This document shows, one piece after another, positions 30,701 through 40,525 of a stretch of DNA of 64,000 nt. The notes under the pieces were generated by a model. It was not told where the DNA came from, did not search any database, and saw only the letters and a program-made list of their open reading frames with translations. The position numbers and the translations under genes are program-made. Position 1 is the first letter of the stretch; the number at the start of each line of letters is the position of its first letter. Origin of the DNA: an uncultured bacterium (GTDB lineage: Bacteria; Chlamydiota; Chlamydiia; Chlamydiales; SM23-39); NCBI GenBank assembly GCA_963716985.1, contig OY970323.1:864001-928000 (forward strand), given 5' to 3'.

Positions 30701-33700
30701 AAATTTCTTGGAGAGTCTTTTCTTCGCTTGGGATTTGCACAGGCTCTGATTCGGAAGATAATTCAGGTTGGGGCAGCATATTACGAGCAATTTTCCCCCT
30801 TGCGGATAGAGGCATTTTAGAAAGAGTTACGAAAAAGCTCGGAATCATGTAACTTGGCAGACGATCTTTCAAAAATTCTTTATATGTATTAGCGTTTAGA
30901 GGTTGGTTCAATGTAATGTAGGCGCATAATTGATCGCCTCCCCGCAGATTTTTGTGTAAAACAACGACAGCTTCTTTGATATTCGGATGGGCGCGCAAAT
31001 GGATTTCGATCTCTTCCAGCTCAATGCGAAATCCTCTGAGTTTTACTTGGCTGTCAAGCCGCCCGCCAAACCGAATGGTTCCGTCCAGAAGAAACCAACC
31101 TCGGTCTCCAGTTTTATAGAGACGCGGGTGAAAGGGGGTGGAAATGAAACGTTCTTTAGTGAGTTTTGGGTCTTGCACATATTCCAAAGCAAGACCATCG
31201 CCTCCGATATAGATCTCGCCTGGCACTCCGATAGGTACGGGGTTTAGATGCCGATCTAAAACATAAACTTGCGCATTGGCGATAGGCTTTCCGATCGGGA
31301 TAGAACTGGTTTGTAGATCTTCTAGGCAAATCGGATGATAACAGCTGAACGTAGTGCCTTCGGTGGGTCCGTACCCATTGATTAGGCGGCAATTGGGATG
31401 CATGCGAATAAATTGAGCAGACTGCGCCTCAGACACGACGTCACCTCCCACCAAAAATTGACAGAGAGAAGAAAGTCTTCGCATCGCTTCGGTGTCCATG
31501 CTTTGAAATAAAGCGGCTGTCATCCACAAAGTGGAGACCTTGTGTTTCTCGATAAGAAGCCCCAATTCATCAAATCCCAAAAGACGAGCCGGAGCAATGA
31601 CCAAACGTCCCCCGTTTAAAAGGGGGCCCCAGATTTCAAACAGCGCTGCGTCGAAATTAAGAGGAGCAAATAGAAGAAATGTCTCGTTTGGTCCAAAATG
31701 AGCGTAATTTGTATTACAGACAAGGCGAGAGATGTTTCGATGAGAAATTACGACTCCTTTGGGAGTCCCGGTTGAGCCAGATGTATATAGGATGCAAGCT
31801 GCATCTGTCGCTTGTGCAGAACTTGCATATTCGAGAAGTGATGCACCCTCTTGCGCCATGTTTGCAATCGGTTCCAAAGTGTATAAAGAAACAGCCAATT
31901 TTTGAATGACCTCTAGCGGGAGATCTTTGGTAACGATCAGAGAAAGATTGGCCGAATCAGCGATGTGTCGAATGCGATCCAGAGGGTGGGCAGGATCGAT
32001 AGGAACGTAACATGCTCCAAGCTTTAACAGGCTCAAAATGGCTACAATGAATTCAATGGAGCGATCCGCATACAGTCCAACAGTGAAACCCTTTTGAATC
32101 CCGAGCGATTCGAATTTTTGAGAGAGTAGATGGATATATTTACCCAGCTCATGATAGCTAATGGAGCGTCTCTCATCTTCCAGAGCTATGGACTGTGGAG
32201 TTAGATTTACTTGTTTAAGAAAGATCTCGTAAATCGAAAGGTCTTTCGGATAAGAAGATGTGGTTTGATTCCATTCTGTGAGCATGGTTGTTTTCTCTTC
32301 TCGAGAGAGAAGATCTAGTTGCTGAACAGCCGTGTCCATGTGATCCAGGGCATTCTCTAACAAAATGACAAAGTGAGAGGCCATTCTTTCAATCATCGAA
32401 TGATCCAGAGCATCTGCTTTATAATCGAACCAAGCGTGAAGATTTTGTTTGCCTAGAGTCATTTCTAGGGAGAGTTCATAACGAGAGGTTCTTAGATGAA
32501 GCTCCTGAAAGCTGAAAGATTCATCTTTTAAATCAGACGTAGGATCTTTTTCGAAGCTGAATGCGGCCTGAAAAAGAGGAGAAATGAGAGGATCTCTGGG
32601 AGCATGAATATGGCGCAGTATCTGCTCGAAAGAGACATTACTGTGATCATAGGCTGCAAGTAAAGTAGCTTTGATTCGAGTCAAATAGTCTCGGAACGTA
32701 ATTTCCTTAAATAAATCGATGACGATTGGCAATGTATTGATGAAGCAGCCGATCAGATCTTCCGTTTCTTTTGTCTGTCTGCCTGCTGTAATAACGCCGA
32801 TGGCAAAGCTTTCTTGGCCGGAGTATCTTTCGAGCAAAATGCTATAGACTGCAAAGAAAATCATGAAAGGGGTGGTCTGTTCTTGTTTTGCAAGGTCTTT
32901 GACACGAATGACAAGGTGTTCAGGGATTGTAAATGCAACGCGCCGCCCTGCAAATGAGGGCATTTTGGTCGCACTTCGGGGCAGTTCTAACACAGGAGGA
33001 ACAATCTGAAGCGTGCGTTCCCAAAATTGCAGATCATCCGCGTAGCTTTTTTGACGTTGATCAATCGCGTAATCGGCATATTGAAATGTTGGTGGAGAAA
33101 GAGTTTGTGAGCGTAGGATAGAAAATACATTTTGCATGAGTATGCGAGTAGAGACGCCGTCGCAGATCAAATGGTGCATGACGACTAAGACGCGATATTC
33201 TTGCTCTTTAATTTTCACACAGAGAATGCGCAAGAGACGTCCTGTTTCAAGATCGAAAGAGCGTCGGGCTTCTTGCTCGCATGTCTGATGAAAGATTTGT
33301 TCTTTTTCTTCTTTGCTCAAATGACTCAAATCGAGGAAGTTTCGATTTATAGGTGCTGGAGGCAAAACCGTTGCGTAAGGAACCCCCTCTTCTGCAGAGA
33401 ATGCCGTACGAAGAATCTCTTGGCTTACAATGACTTCATCCACAGCGCGATAGAATAGGGTGGGATCAAAGGCTCCTAAATGAGTGGCAATCCCTGCAAT
33501 ATTAAAGGAGAATTGATTTTCTGATTTTTCTAAAAACCAGATTCCTTCTTGCGCGTAGGACAAGGGGATTTTATGATGAGAAAGGGGCAAACGAGTTCTA
33601 GTTTCTTGTGGTGTAGCTACAAGTTCTAGACTTTGCGCAAGATGCTCAAGGCTCATTTCCTGTAGAAGCTGAGACATTGCAACTTGAATGCCTATTTTGA

Positions 33701-36700
33701 CAGCCAATAGATTTTTAAGCTCCGTTGCCATCAAAGAATCTAAGCCCATTTGCGCAAGGGAATGAGTCATGACAATTTCTTCTTTTGCAATCTGAAGAAC
33801 AGAGGCGGCATACTCTTTTAGTTGTTCCAGTAGGGAAAGCACGGGTTTTGAAACAAGAGAGTTGTTTTTCGAATGAGAAGCGGGCATTGAGCCAAGTTCC
33901 CTAATCATGGGTGGAGAATAGGCTCTGGAGCGATGAACTTGAGACCAGTCTGCAGCGGTCACTACGACAGAGGGAAGATTGCTTTGCAGGATTTGCCCCA
34001 TGATGTCCCAACAGAGGTAAGGCTCCATCGGGAACATGCCCCGTTTGGCATGCAGATTTTTATTCTCCAAGGCGGCAGCCATTCCGAGCTGCACCGGTCC
34101 CCAATCAATAGAGAAGGCGGGAAGGTTTTGCCCACGCAAGAAATGGACAAATGCATCCAAGAAAGCATTTGCTGCGGCGTAGACGCTCTGCCCGATGATG
34201 GGGAGAGTGGCTGCTAAAGATGAAAAAAAGAGGAGAAAGTCAAGCGGCTCATCCTTAAAGGCTGTACAGAGGTTTATAGCCCCGTCTACTTTGGGAGGCA
34301 AGATCGCTTGTATATGTTCTTCGGTCACAAGAGGAATGGGAGCGTCTTTGACCGCTCCTGCTGCGTGTATAATTCCTTGAATAGAGGGAAGACCCTTTTC
34401 TTTTCTCTGTTGCAGCAGGTTTGTGAGCGAGGCGAGATTGGTTGTGTCAAGCGTTAGACTCTCTATTTGACAGCCTTGCGATTCGAGAGTGAGGATTTTT
34501 TGAATGGCCTGAAATCGGGGGTGTTCGGCGGAGATACTTTTCCACATTTCTTTTGAGGGAATTTCGTTGACTCCCGTAAGAATCAAATGGTGTGCCCCCC
34601 GATGAGCCATCCATTGCGCAACAGAGAGTCCCAACTCTCCTAATCCCCCTGTGATTAAATATGCAGCACCTGCCCGGAAAGAAATCGGCGGAACAATCGG
34701 CAATGGGGCTTTTTTAAGCCTAATCTGATAACGAACGTTTTGTCGCCAAGCAATTTGATCTTCTGAATCGAGCCACATCTCTAAAATGCGCTGTGCCTCC
34801 ACTGAAGAAGAAGCCTCCGCGAGATCAAGGTCGATCAATTTCCCTTTGAGCGCAGGATGTTCAATATGCGCTGCGGCCCTTGCAAGGCCCCAGATAAGGC
34901 TTTGGTATGTAAGAGAGATGGGTTCATCTCCGATTGCTTGAGTTCCTCTGGTTACAAAACAGAGAGTAGGAGCAATGCTTGCTTCTATACAGATCTGAGT
35001 AAGTGCCAAAGCTTCTGCAAACGGCTCTGGCATTAGGGCGATGACATTCCATTTGCGAGAGGATAGATTTTCTTTAAAGGAGATAAAATCGCAACTCTTC
35101 TCGATTTGTACGACGTGATCTCCTTTCCTTGTTAAAATCTTTTTTAATGCGTTGGAGAGCTTCTCTTTCTTGCCAAAAATGAGCCAAGGGTTATGTTTTT
35201 CATCCACCGATGATGGCGAAGGATTTGAGCTCTTTTCCCAGTTTAGAGCAAGGACGGAGGGAGTGGGCGAATCGAAAACAGTCAATAATTGAAGGGAGGT
35301 AATTCGAGCAAGCAAGCGGCCTGTCTGATCTAGCAATTCTAGGTGAATGTGCAAAGAGGCGTCTTGTCCTTCTAAATATGCATATCCGTAAACCCAAGAA
35401 GATGAAGGGAGAGCGAAACATTCAAATTTTTTAACGCCTATCGGCAAACGTCGTTCATGCCCTTCGCCTGCCTTGCCGAGGGAAGAGGCCATCTGAAAGA
35501 GCGCATCGATGCAGATGGTCCATGGATGAGTAGATGGGCACTCAATTTTTGCGATCGCTTCGGAGATTCCTAAATGAATGTCTTGTAGAGCTTGAAAAGC
35601 AACTCCGTAATGCAACCCTTGCATAGACATAGTTCGGTAATGATTTTTGGCAGAAAGAACATTGGGACATGCAGCGAGAATTTTTTCAGGGTTTTTATCG
35701 GGCGGAATCTGGACAGAGGAAATGATAGAACCCGTTGCAAAACTCATTTGAGAAGTGTGTACTTCAAATTGGATTTCGGCAGGTTCATCCGTCAAGGAGA
35801 GCTGAATCGAGTCGGTTTGAGGGAGTTTTAGCTTGTGAAGGAAGCGAATATTTTGTAATTGGATTGGAGTCGAGATGCCTCGCTTTTGAGCCGCCTCCAG
35901 AACCATTTCTAGGTAACCTGATCCTGGAAACACCACATCAGTTCCAACTTTGTGGTCGCTAAATAGAGCGCTTTTAGGAATGTCCACATTCCACACATGG
36001 AGCAAGGGCGTTTTGATCGGATTTATGTAGGAGCTTAATAGATTGCTCGCGATGTTTTTTTGCGTCTCAATCCAAAAGTGTTTTTTATTCCAGGTTGTGG
36101 TCGGCAAAGAGAGGGGAGGAGCTTGCGCGGAGGCTGGAGTGGAAGAGAGCACCACATGTCCGTTTGTTCCACCGAATCCGAAAGCGCTTACGCCTGCAAT
36201 GAGTTCTTGGGATAAATCGGGCCACGCACCGGATGCGGTAATAACCTCAAAAGGAGATGACTCTTGTGGGATAAGAGGGTTTAAATTTTGGAAATGCAAA
36301 CTTTTCGGAAGCTTTTTGTGATAGACGGCAAGGCTTGTTTTGATGACCCCGGCAATCCCTGCTGCAGCTTCCGTGTGGCCTATATTTGTCTTTACCGATC
36401 CGACAAAACATTTTGAGAGAGGCGATCTCTCCTCCTTGAGAACGGCGGTGAGAGCTTGCGCTTCAATAGGGTCTCCGATTTTCGTCCCCGTGCCGTGCAA
36501 TTCAATATATTGCACTTGAGAAGGGGATATGCGCGCTTGTCGATAAGCTTCTCGCAAAACTGCTTCTTGCGCTTTAGGATTTGGCGCCATGGTGCCGTTT
36601 GTTCGTCCATCCTGATTGATCGCAGAGCCTTTGATGATCGCATAGATGCGATCTTTACTTGATATGGCATCCGACAGGCGCTTTAGGACGACGATACCTG

Positions 36701-37676
36701 CTCCTTCGCTGCGAACGAAGCCATCGGCGTTGGCATCAAACGTTTTACATCTGCCATCCTTTGATAGAGCTTGAGCCCGTGAAAAAAAAATCGAGCTATC
36801 GGGAGTGAGCAATACATTGACACCTCCGACTAGTGCGATGCTGCATTCTCGCGCCTTAAGGCTATGGTTTGCCAGATGAAGAGCTACCAGAGAGCCGGAA
36901 CAGGCCGTATCAATGGCAAGGCTTGGACCATGAAAATCGTAAAAGTAGGAGAGGCGATTGGCCACCATGCTGTGCGCCGTTCCAGAGCCAGAATAGGCTT
37001 CTATACGCTCGGAATTAGAAAAGACCAATTTTCCATAATCATCACTGAGAGTCGCAAGAAATACGCCTGTATTTGATCCTTTTAAACAATGCGGCTCAAT
37101 GCCAGCATCTTGCAGAGCTTCCCAAGATGTTTCGAGCATGAGGCGCTGTCTCGGATCCAAATGAAAAGCTTCTCTGGGAGAGATGCCGAAAAAAGAGGCG
37201 TCAAATTGATCTAAATGATCAAGAAATCCTCCCCAACGCGAATAAATTTTTCCTTTGGCCGATGGATCGGGATCGTAAAGGCTGGCCAGATCCCAACGTT
37301 CGGCAGGAACCTGGGTAATCGCATCGACTCCCTCCCAACAGAGATCCCAAAAAGCTTTTAAGTTTTTAGCCATCGGAAATCTGCATGACATTCCAACAAT
37401 TGCAATATCATCTTGCATAGATTGCGAAGAATTAGAGAATTGCGTAGATATTTCATTAGAAAGAAATCGAGAAAGTTCCTCGATTGAGGGGTATTCCCAT
37501 CCTAGAGTTAAGCGGAGCGATCGGTTGTATTCTGTTTCTAGGGATTGCACTAAGGCAATTAATTGAGAAGATGTGAGGCCATAATGATCAAAAGGGAGAT
37601 CGATTTGAATGGAGCTAATATCGAGGCCTGTTTGGTTTGCAATAAATTTAGTAATAAAAGAGTGAAATTTATTCAT
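27699..37676 (-). CDS. Hybrid PKS-NRPS: ACP-KS-DH-KR-ACP-C-A-PCP-E-C-PCP (3325 aa)
   Basis: GLTS; DTACSGS/HGTGT/NIGH; DH H..G..VFPG; KR TGGLGELG/YAAAN; GLDSL; HHLICDG; A code DAFWLGGTFK; GGDSI; E HHLVMD; HHILMDG; GGNSL. Start placed at the ATGA overlap with the permease. Confidence 0.92.
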   Translation of the reverse strand: MNKFHSFITKFIANQTGLDISSIQIDLPFDHYGLTSSQLIALVQSLETEYNRSLRLTLGWEYPSIEELSRFLSNEISTQFSNSSQSMQDDIAIVGMSCRFPMAKNLKAFWDLCWEGVDAITQVPAERWDLASLYDPDPSAKGKIYSRWGGFLDHLDQFDASFFGISPREAFHLDPRQRLMLETSWEALQDAGIEPHCLKGSNTGVFLATLSDDYGKLVFSNSERIEAYSGSGTAHSMVANRLSYFYDFHGPSLAIDTACSGSLVALHLANHSLKARECSIALVGGVNVLLTPDSSIFFSRAQALSKDGRCKTFDANADGFVRSEGAGIVVLKRLSDAISSKDRIYAIIKGSAINQDGRTNGTMAPNPKAQEAVLREAYRQARISPSQVQYIELHGTGTKIGDPIEAQALTAVLKEERSPLSKCFVGSVKTNIGHTEAAAGIAGVIKTSLAVYHKKLPKSLHFQNLNPLIPQESSPFEVITASGAWPDLSQELIAGVSAFGFGGTNGHVVLSSTPASAQAPPLSLPTTTWNKKHFWIETQKNIASNLLSSYINPIKTPLLHVWNVDIPKSALFSDHKVGTDVVFPGSGYLEMVLEAAQKRGISTPIQLQNIRFLHKLKLPQTDSIQLSLTDEPAEIQFEVHTSQMSFATGSIISSVQIPPDKNPEKILAACPNVLSAKNHYRTMSMQGLHYGVAFQALQDIHLGISEAIAKIECPSTHPWTICIDALFQMASSLGKAGEGHERRLPIGVKKFECFALPSSSWVYGYAYLEGQDASLHIHLELLDQTGRLLARITSLQLLTVFDSPTPSVLALNWEKSSNPSPSSVDEKHNPWLIFGKKEKLSNALKKILTRKGDHVVQIEKSCDFISFKENLSSRKWNVIALMPEPFAEALALTQICIEASIAPTLCFVTRGTQAIGDEPISLTYQSLIWGLARAAAHIEHPALKGKLIDLDLAEASSSVEAQRILEMWLDSEDQIAWRQNVRYQIRLKKAPLPIVPPISFRAGAAYLITGGLGELGLSVAQWMAHRGAHHLILTGVNEIPSKEMWKSISAEHPRFQAIQKILTLESQGCQIESLTLDTTNLASLTNLLQQRKEKGLPSIQGIIHAAGAVKDAPIPLVTEEHIQAILPPKVDGAINLCTAFKDEPLDFLLFFSSLAATLPIIGQSVYAAANAFLDAFVHFLRGQNLPAFSIDWGPVQLGMAAALENKNLHAKRGMFPMEPYLCWDIMGQILQSNLPSVVVTAADWSQVHRSRAYSPPMIRELGSMPASHSKNNSLVSKPVLSLLEQLKEYAASVLQIAKEEIVMTHSLAQMGLDSLMATELKNLLAVKIGIQVAMSQLLQEMSLEHLAQSLELVATPQETRTRLPLSHHKIPLSYAQEGIWFLEKSENQFSFNIAGIATHLGAFDPTLFYRAVDEVIVSQEILRTAFSAEEGVPYATVLPPAPINRNFLDLSHLSKEEKEQIFHQTCEQEARRSFDLETGRLLRILCVKIKEQEYRVLVVMHHLICDGVSTRILMQNVFSILRSQTLSPPTFQYADYAIDQRQKSYADDLQFWERTLQIVPPVLELPRSATKMPSFAGRRVAFTIPEHLVIRVKDLAKQEQTTPFMIFFAVYSILLERYSGQESFAIGVITAGRQTKETEDLIGCFINTLPIVIDLFKEITFRDYLTRIKATLLAAYDHSNVSFEQILRHIHAPRDPLISPLFQAAFSFEKDPTSDLKDESFSFQELHLRTSRYELSLEMTLGKQNLHAWFDYKADALDHSMIERMASHFVILLENALDHMDTAVQQLDLLSREEKTTMLTEWNQTTSSYPKDLSIYEIFLKQVNLTPQSIALEDERRSISYHELGKYIHLLSQKFESLGIQKGFTVGLYADRSIEFIVAILSLLKLGACYVPIDPAHPLDRIRHIADSANLSLIVTKDLPLEVIQKLAVSLYTLEPIANMAQEGASLLEYASSAQATDAACILYTSGSTGTPKGVVISHRNISRLVCNTNYAHFGPNETFLLFAPLNFDAALFEIWGPLLNGGRLVIAPARLLGFDELGLLIEKHKVSTLWMTAALFQSMDTEAMRRLSSLCQFLVGGDVVSEAQSAQFIRMHPNCRLINGYGPTEGTTFSCYHPICLEDLQTSSIPIGKPIANAQVYVLDRHLNPVPIGVPGEIYIGGDGLALEYVQDPKLTKERFISTPFHPRLYKTGDRGWFLLDGTIRFGGRLDSQVKLRGFRIELEEIEIHLRAHPNIKEAVVVLHKNLRGGDQLCAYITLNQPLNANTYKEFLKDRLPSYMIPSFFVTLSKMPLSARGKIARNMLPQPELSSESEPVQIPSEEKTLQEIWTQLLHVEAVRRTDNFFELGGDSIRALQMVSLAKRKGLSFTVQDVFTEQTLERIAAKNSTPAVRSPRAFTQDTIPLTPIQQWFFQQSIPNPAHWNHWVLFTLPTPLAESSLYELAERHDCFWLRFRKKGDRWEQFTAQEKPFEISRLSLFSTHREVKKQALSQAINEEHRRLDLENGPLFRFTFIEGLEENRHHLLIIAHHLVMDQMSWHILLNEIEILCETKEALSSAPSSHSFTEWSLHLQELKKSPTIQNELIFWDSIPWHTTKPIPCDHSDGSNLEKDSVTVESICDIGSTNHQRLDDFLTMVLIQTLQEWNDQQPVCIALEQQGRPSSLDVYHTIGWFTQIYPIFAEPGVSLDFLQEQLRQFSHHALSFSLLRQEKFKNATQILFNFLGVMDDDVRSATQFGMDANPPICNRDPNAERTHWIEINALVTNRKLHVYWTFSPNLHNHETIAHLSGRFQIYLHRNLHERSLSPADFPLAALQKTDLEQLQKNCKRIDDVYILTPLQEGLLLHSLLNPTSDKYLVQCVLQIESNLNLDRLQQSFRLILERYPILRTSFHTQGLKHPVQVIEPSPDVPWAQIETEDFDAAVQKDRLKPFDLSFPPLMRFYIAKLGNTTRILWTYHHILMDGWSLSIVLRDWFMIYEQLSLGNQILLPTAISFKQFVKALTSLPPVKAWQTFLAGHRKPTPLPDLTLSEANGCFSHDLRLTPEMHQALMSRLSQERLTIATFMQGIWALVLSHFSGEKDIVFGITVSGRNLDLPEIESIVGLCINTVPQRIKIDRLHPLSSWFKHIQDLQIRMQPYHHVPLASIQGKQPLFQSVVVIENYPIEDKKGDDKAIKLVSIETKEKVEYPLTLMVFPSQQLLVRLLFDESKFSLKGAQQILDTISSLISVILNNWDSNVGTHLPLSRQELERGLQEIWAELLGTPNVGLQDAFQDLGGNSLTLMRMKGLMQQRFDIDFPLVDLFKYQTIKAIVEAILSELHLALPVQQEAEINR

Positions 37677-38854
37677 GCATTTCGTTGAGAGGATTGAATT
37701 TTTAGCAAAGCAAGGGTGTAGAAGATGAGAGAAAAACAGAGTAGAATAGCAATGGTTGGGAGGATCGCAGAAACGGTATAGCCTCTTACTAAGACGTCTT
37801 GAAAACCTTTTAAAGCCCAAGCGTGAGGAGTGAGAAAGGAAATGCTTTGGAGCAATTTGGGCATTTCAAAGAAGGGGATAAAAATCCCGCCCACTGTTGC
37901 CATGCAGATAAGAATAAGACTGGATAGAGGACCCATTTGTTCCGTTGTTTTAGAGATCGATGCGATTAAAAGTCCGAGCGAGTTCGCTGTCGCTGCAGTA
38001 GCGAAAGTAACCAGTAGTAGTCCTGGTAGGCACTTTTCTAGCACTATATTAAAGACGAAGGAGCCGAAAAGGAACATGAAGGCCACTTGAACCAAATTTA
38101 CTAGATAAAATGGAGCAAGCTTACCAATTAACATTCGGGCGGGAGAGATGGGAGCGGTCATCAATCGATCGTAGGTGCCTCCTTCTCTTTCTCTCAAAAT
38201 CGTCGTGCCAATCACTTGCACAATAAAAAAAATGCCAAAAATCGTATAGCCCGGGACATTTTGCTCTTCTGCGCTGATGGGGCGTGTTAGTTTCATCCCC
38301 TTAGGGGCAATTCTTGCAAAATGAACGGCATCGTAGATGGGACTGTCGATCGAGCTTATTTGAGCGTTTCCGGCTTTTACTCCGGCCACATATCCGGCCA
38401 CATTCATGATATGCATTTTGATGAGGCGCTCGATGGGATTTAGATTAGATCCTCCGGTGGCAGGATCGGCAATAAACTCTACCAGGGGCCTAGATTCTGT
38501 TTGCAATGCACTGGAGAAATTGGAAGGGAATTTTAAAACGAGTGAATAGGAAGAACTGCGTTTAAGTAAGAGTGTTTCGCTCTCTTTTTCTTGAATTGCG
38601 GAACCATCGATTTGATCGACGACAATCAGTCCCTTTTCTTCTCGCAACTGATCGATGATATAGGATGCAAGCGGGCCTTGGTCTTGGTTTACGACGAGGA
38701 TTTTTGCGCTGGCAACGCTCTGGTTACCGACGCCCGCATAAGTCATCAGGAGGACAAAAACAATCGGTAGAATGAAAAGAACAGACAAGACGCCTCGATC
38801 TCTACAGATAAGTTTTAGCTCTTTGATGGTAATTGCAAGTAGTTGCCGAAGCAT
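37673..38854 (-). CDS. ABC-2 type exporter permease
   Basis: KELKLICRD, EREGGTYDRLMTAP, LTPHAWA; multiple TM segments. Confidence 0.9.
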   Translation of the reverse strand: MLRQLLAITIKELKLICRDRGVLSVLFILPIVFVLLMTYAGVGNQSVASAKILVVNQDQGPLASYIIDQLREEKGLIVVDQIDGSAIQEKESETLLLKRSSSYSLVLKFPSNFSSALQTESRPLVEFIADPATGGSNLNPIERLIKMHIMNVAGYVAGVKAGNAQISSIDSPIYDAVHFARIAPKGMKLTRPISAEEQNVPGYTIFGIFFIVQVIGTTILREREGGTYDRLMTAPISPARMLIGKLAPFYLVNLVQVAFMFLFGSFVFNIVLEKCLPGLLLVTFATAATANSLGLLIASISKTTEQMGPLSSLILICMATVGGIFIPFFEMPKLLQSISFLTPHAWALKGFQDVLVRGYTVSAILPTIAILLCFSLIFYTLALLKIQSSQRNA

Positions 38855-38855
38855 T

Positions 38856-39824
38856 TTATCCGTCCTGTTGATCTCGCAGCTCTTTGCCGGTGAGTTTCAG
38901 AAAAACCGTCTCCAAGGAAGGATTAGAAATATTGAGAGAAGAAATTTGGATGTCGAGTTTGTCTGTTATTCCGAGGAAAGACTGGAGAACTTTTTGTGGC
39001 TCTTTCGTCGTGATTTCTAGAGAAGAGTTTTTTAAATTAACCTCAGTAATAAAATCCATTTGCGATAAGATGTCCACCAAAGGGCGTTTGTTTTCCCCTT
39101 GGATGCCGACTCGAAAGAATGCCCCACCGATTGATTCGCAAAGATTTTGCGGGCTGTCCATGGCAATAATTTGTCCTTGATCGACAATGGCCACGTTTTT
39201 GCAGAGGCGCTCCGTCTCCTCCATATAGTGGGTGCTGTAGATGACTGTTGTCCCTGTTTGGCTAAGCTGTTCAATGCACTCAAAAATGGAATTACGGCTA
39301 TGGGGGTCGACTCCCGCAGTCGGCTCATCCATGAGCAAAATTTTAGGTTCGTGAAGCAGCGCAATTGCGATGTTTAAACGTCGCTTCATGCCGCCTGAAT
39401 AGGTCTCTACGATGTCTTTTGCGCGATCGATTAAGCCGACGACTTTTAGTACATGTTGGATACGCTTTTTGGCAGCGTCGCCAAGAATTTGATAAATTCC
39501 GCAAAAGAATTGAAGGTTTTCAAGGGCAGTTAATGTGGGGTAAAAAGCTAAAGACTGAGGGACGTAGCCGATTAGGCGTTTGATTTGATTGCGGTGGTTA
39601 GAATAGGCGAAGCCATGGATCAGAATGGAGCCATTGGAGGGACACTTGATCCCCGCAAGCATGGATAAAATAGAGGTCTTTCCCGCGCCATTCGGGCCTA
39701 GCAGCCCAAACACTTCTCCTTGCGCAACCTGAAAGGAAACACCTTTTACGGCAATCACATTTCCATAGTTACAGCGGACATTATTACATACAATTGCTGA
39801 TGCCATGGGAAACATGCTACGCAA
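38856..39824 (-). CDS. ABC exporter ATP-binding subunit
   Basis: GPNGAGKT, YSGGMKRR, DEPT, STH. Confidence 0.95.
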   Translation of the reverse strand: MRSMFPMASAIVCNNVRCNYGNVIAVKGVSFQVAQGEVFGLLGPNGAGKTSILSMLAGIKCPSNGSILIHGFAYSNHRNQIKRLIGYVPQSLAFYPTLTALENLQFFCGIYQILGDAAKKRIQHVLKVVGLIDRAKDIVETYSGGMKRRLNIAIALLHEPKILLMDEPTAGVDPHSRNSIFECIEQLSQTGTTVIYSTHYMEETERLCKNVAIVDQGQIIAMDSPQNLCESIGGAFFRVGIQGENKRPLVDILSQMDFITEVNLKNSSLEITTKEPQKVLQSFLGITDKLDIQISSLNISNPSLETVFLKLTGKELRDQQDG

Positions 39825-39829
39825 ATCCC

Positions 39830-40525
39830 TTATTTATTGCAAAGAATTAGCAGAGGATTTTGCGCGTTAGTAGCTATTGCGCCAGCCCACCCAGTTCCCA
39901 CGGGAAGCGTGCAGAGAGTCCATTGATCCAAGGAAAAGCTGTCGTAATGATCCTGCCGGATCACCTCGACATTGCGAATGTCGGTATTTAGGCCGCTTCC
40001 TAGCGCTTTTACATAAGCTTCTTTGAGCGTCCAGGCTTGGAAAAGCTGGTCCTTTTTGGCGTGTTCAGGTAATTTATTGTAAATTGCAGATTCTTGTTCT
40101 GAGAATATTATTTTTGACAAATCTTTATCTTTTGAATGTCGTTCTATATCGATTCCTACTTGTGAATTCGTGGTTAGAGCAATGGCAAGGCGGTCATGGG
40201 AATGGGAAAGGTTGAAGTGAAGAGGTGAAAGATGTTTCGAATGCAGAGATGGCTTGCCAAACGGATTATAGATGAACTCGATTTGGTGAGGGGAAGTATT
40301 TAAATGGATGCCTAAGATTTCTCTCAGACGACCTCGCGCTGCAATAAATCGAGTCTGTAGCTCTTCAGTCTTATATCTCGCTGCGCGTTCCTTTTCCGCA
40401 AGGGATAGATAGCTTGTCAGTAGGGCAAGTTTGGAGGAGTGAGTGAGGGACTCAAGCCAAATAAAGATTTTATCCAAATCTAGAAGCTTTTTTGAGTGTG
40501 GATTCGGGGGAGGCAAGATCTTCAT
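39830..40525 (-). CDS. Sfp-type 4'-phosphopantetheinyl transferase
   Basis: GKP, FNLSHS, VGIDIE, WTLKEAYVKALG. The true start may be TTG near 40478. Confidence 0.92.
   Translation of the reverse strand: MKILPPPNPHSKKLLDLDKIFIWLESLTHSSKLALLTSYLSLAEKERAARYKTEELQTRFIAARGRLREILGIHLNTSPHQIEFIYNPFGKPSLHSKHLSPLHFNLSHSHDRLAIALTTNSQVGIDIERHSKDKDLSKIIFSEQESAIYNKLPEHAKKDQLFQAWTLKEAYVKALGSGLNTDIRNVEVIRQDHYDSFSLDQWTLCTLPVGTGWAGAIATNAQNPLLILCNK

Noticed and set aside
19420..37076. Numerous 60-180 aa antisense or alternate-frame ORFs
   Set aside because: They are shadows of long, motif-supported genes and have no recognisable features.
37677..37820. 48-aa N-terminal extension of the large PKS-NRPS
   Set aside because: It overlaps the permease coding region; ATG 37676 gives a typical ATGA coupling.
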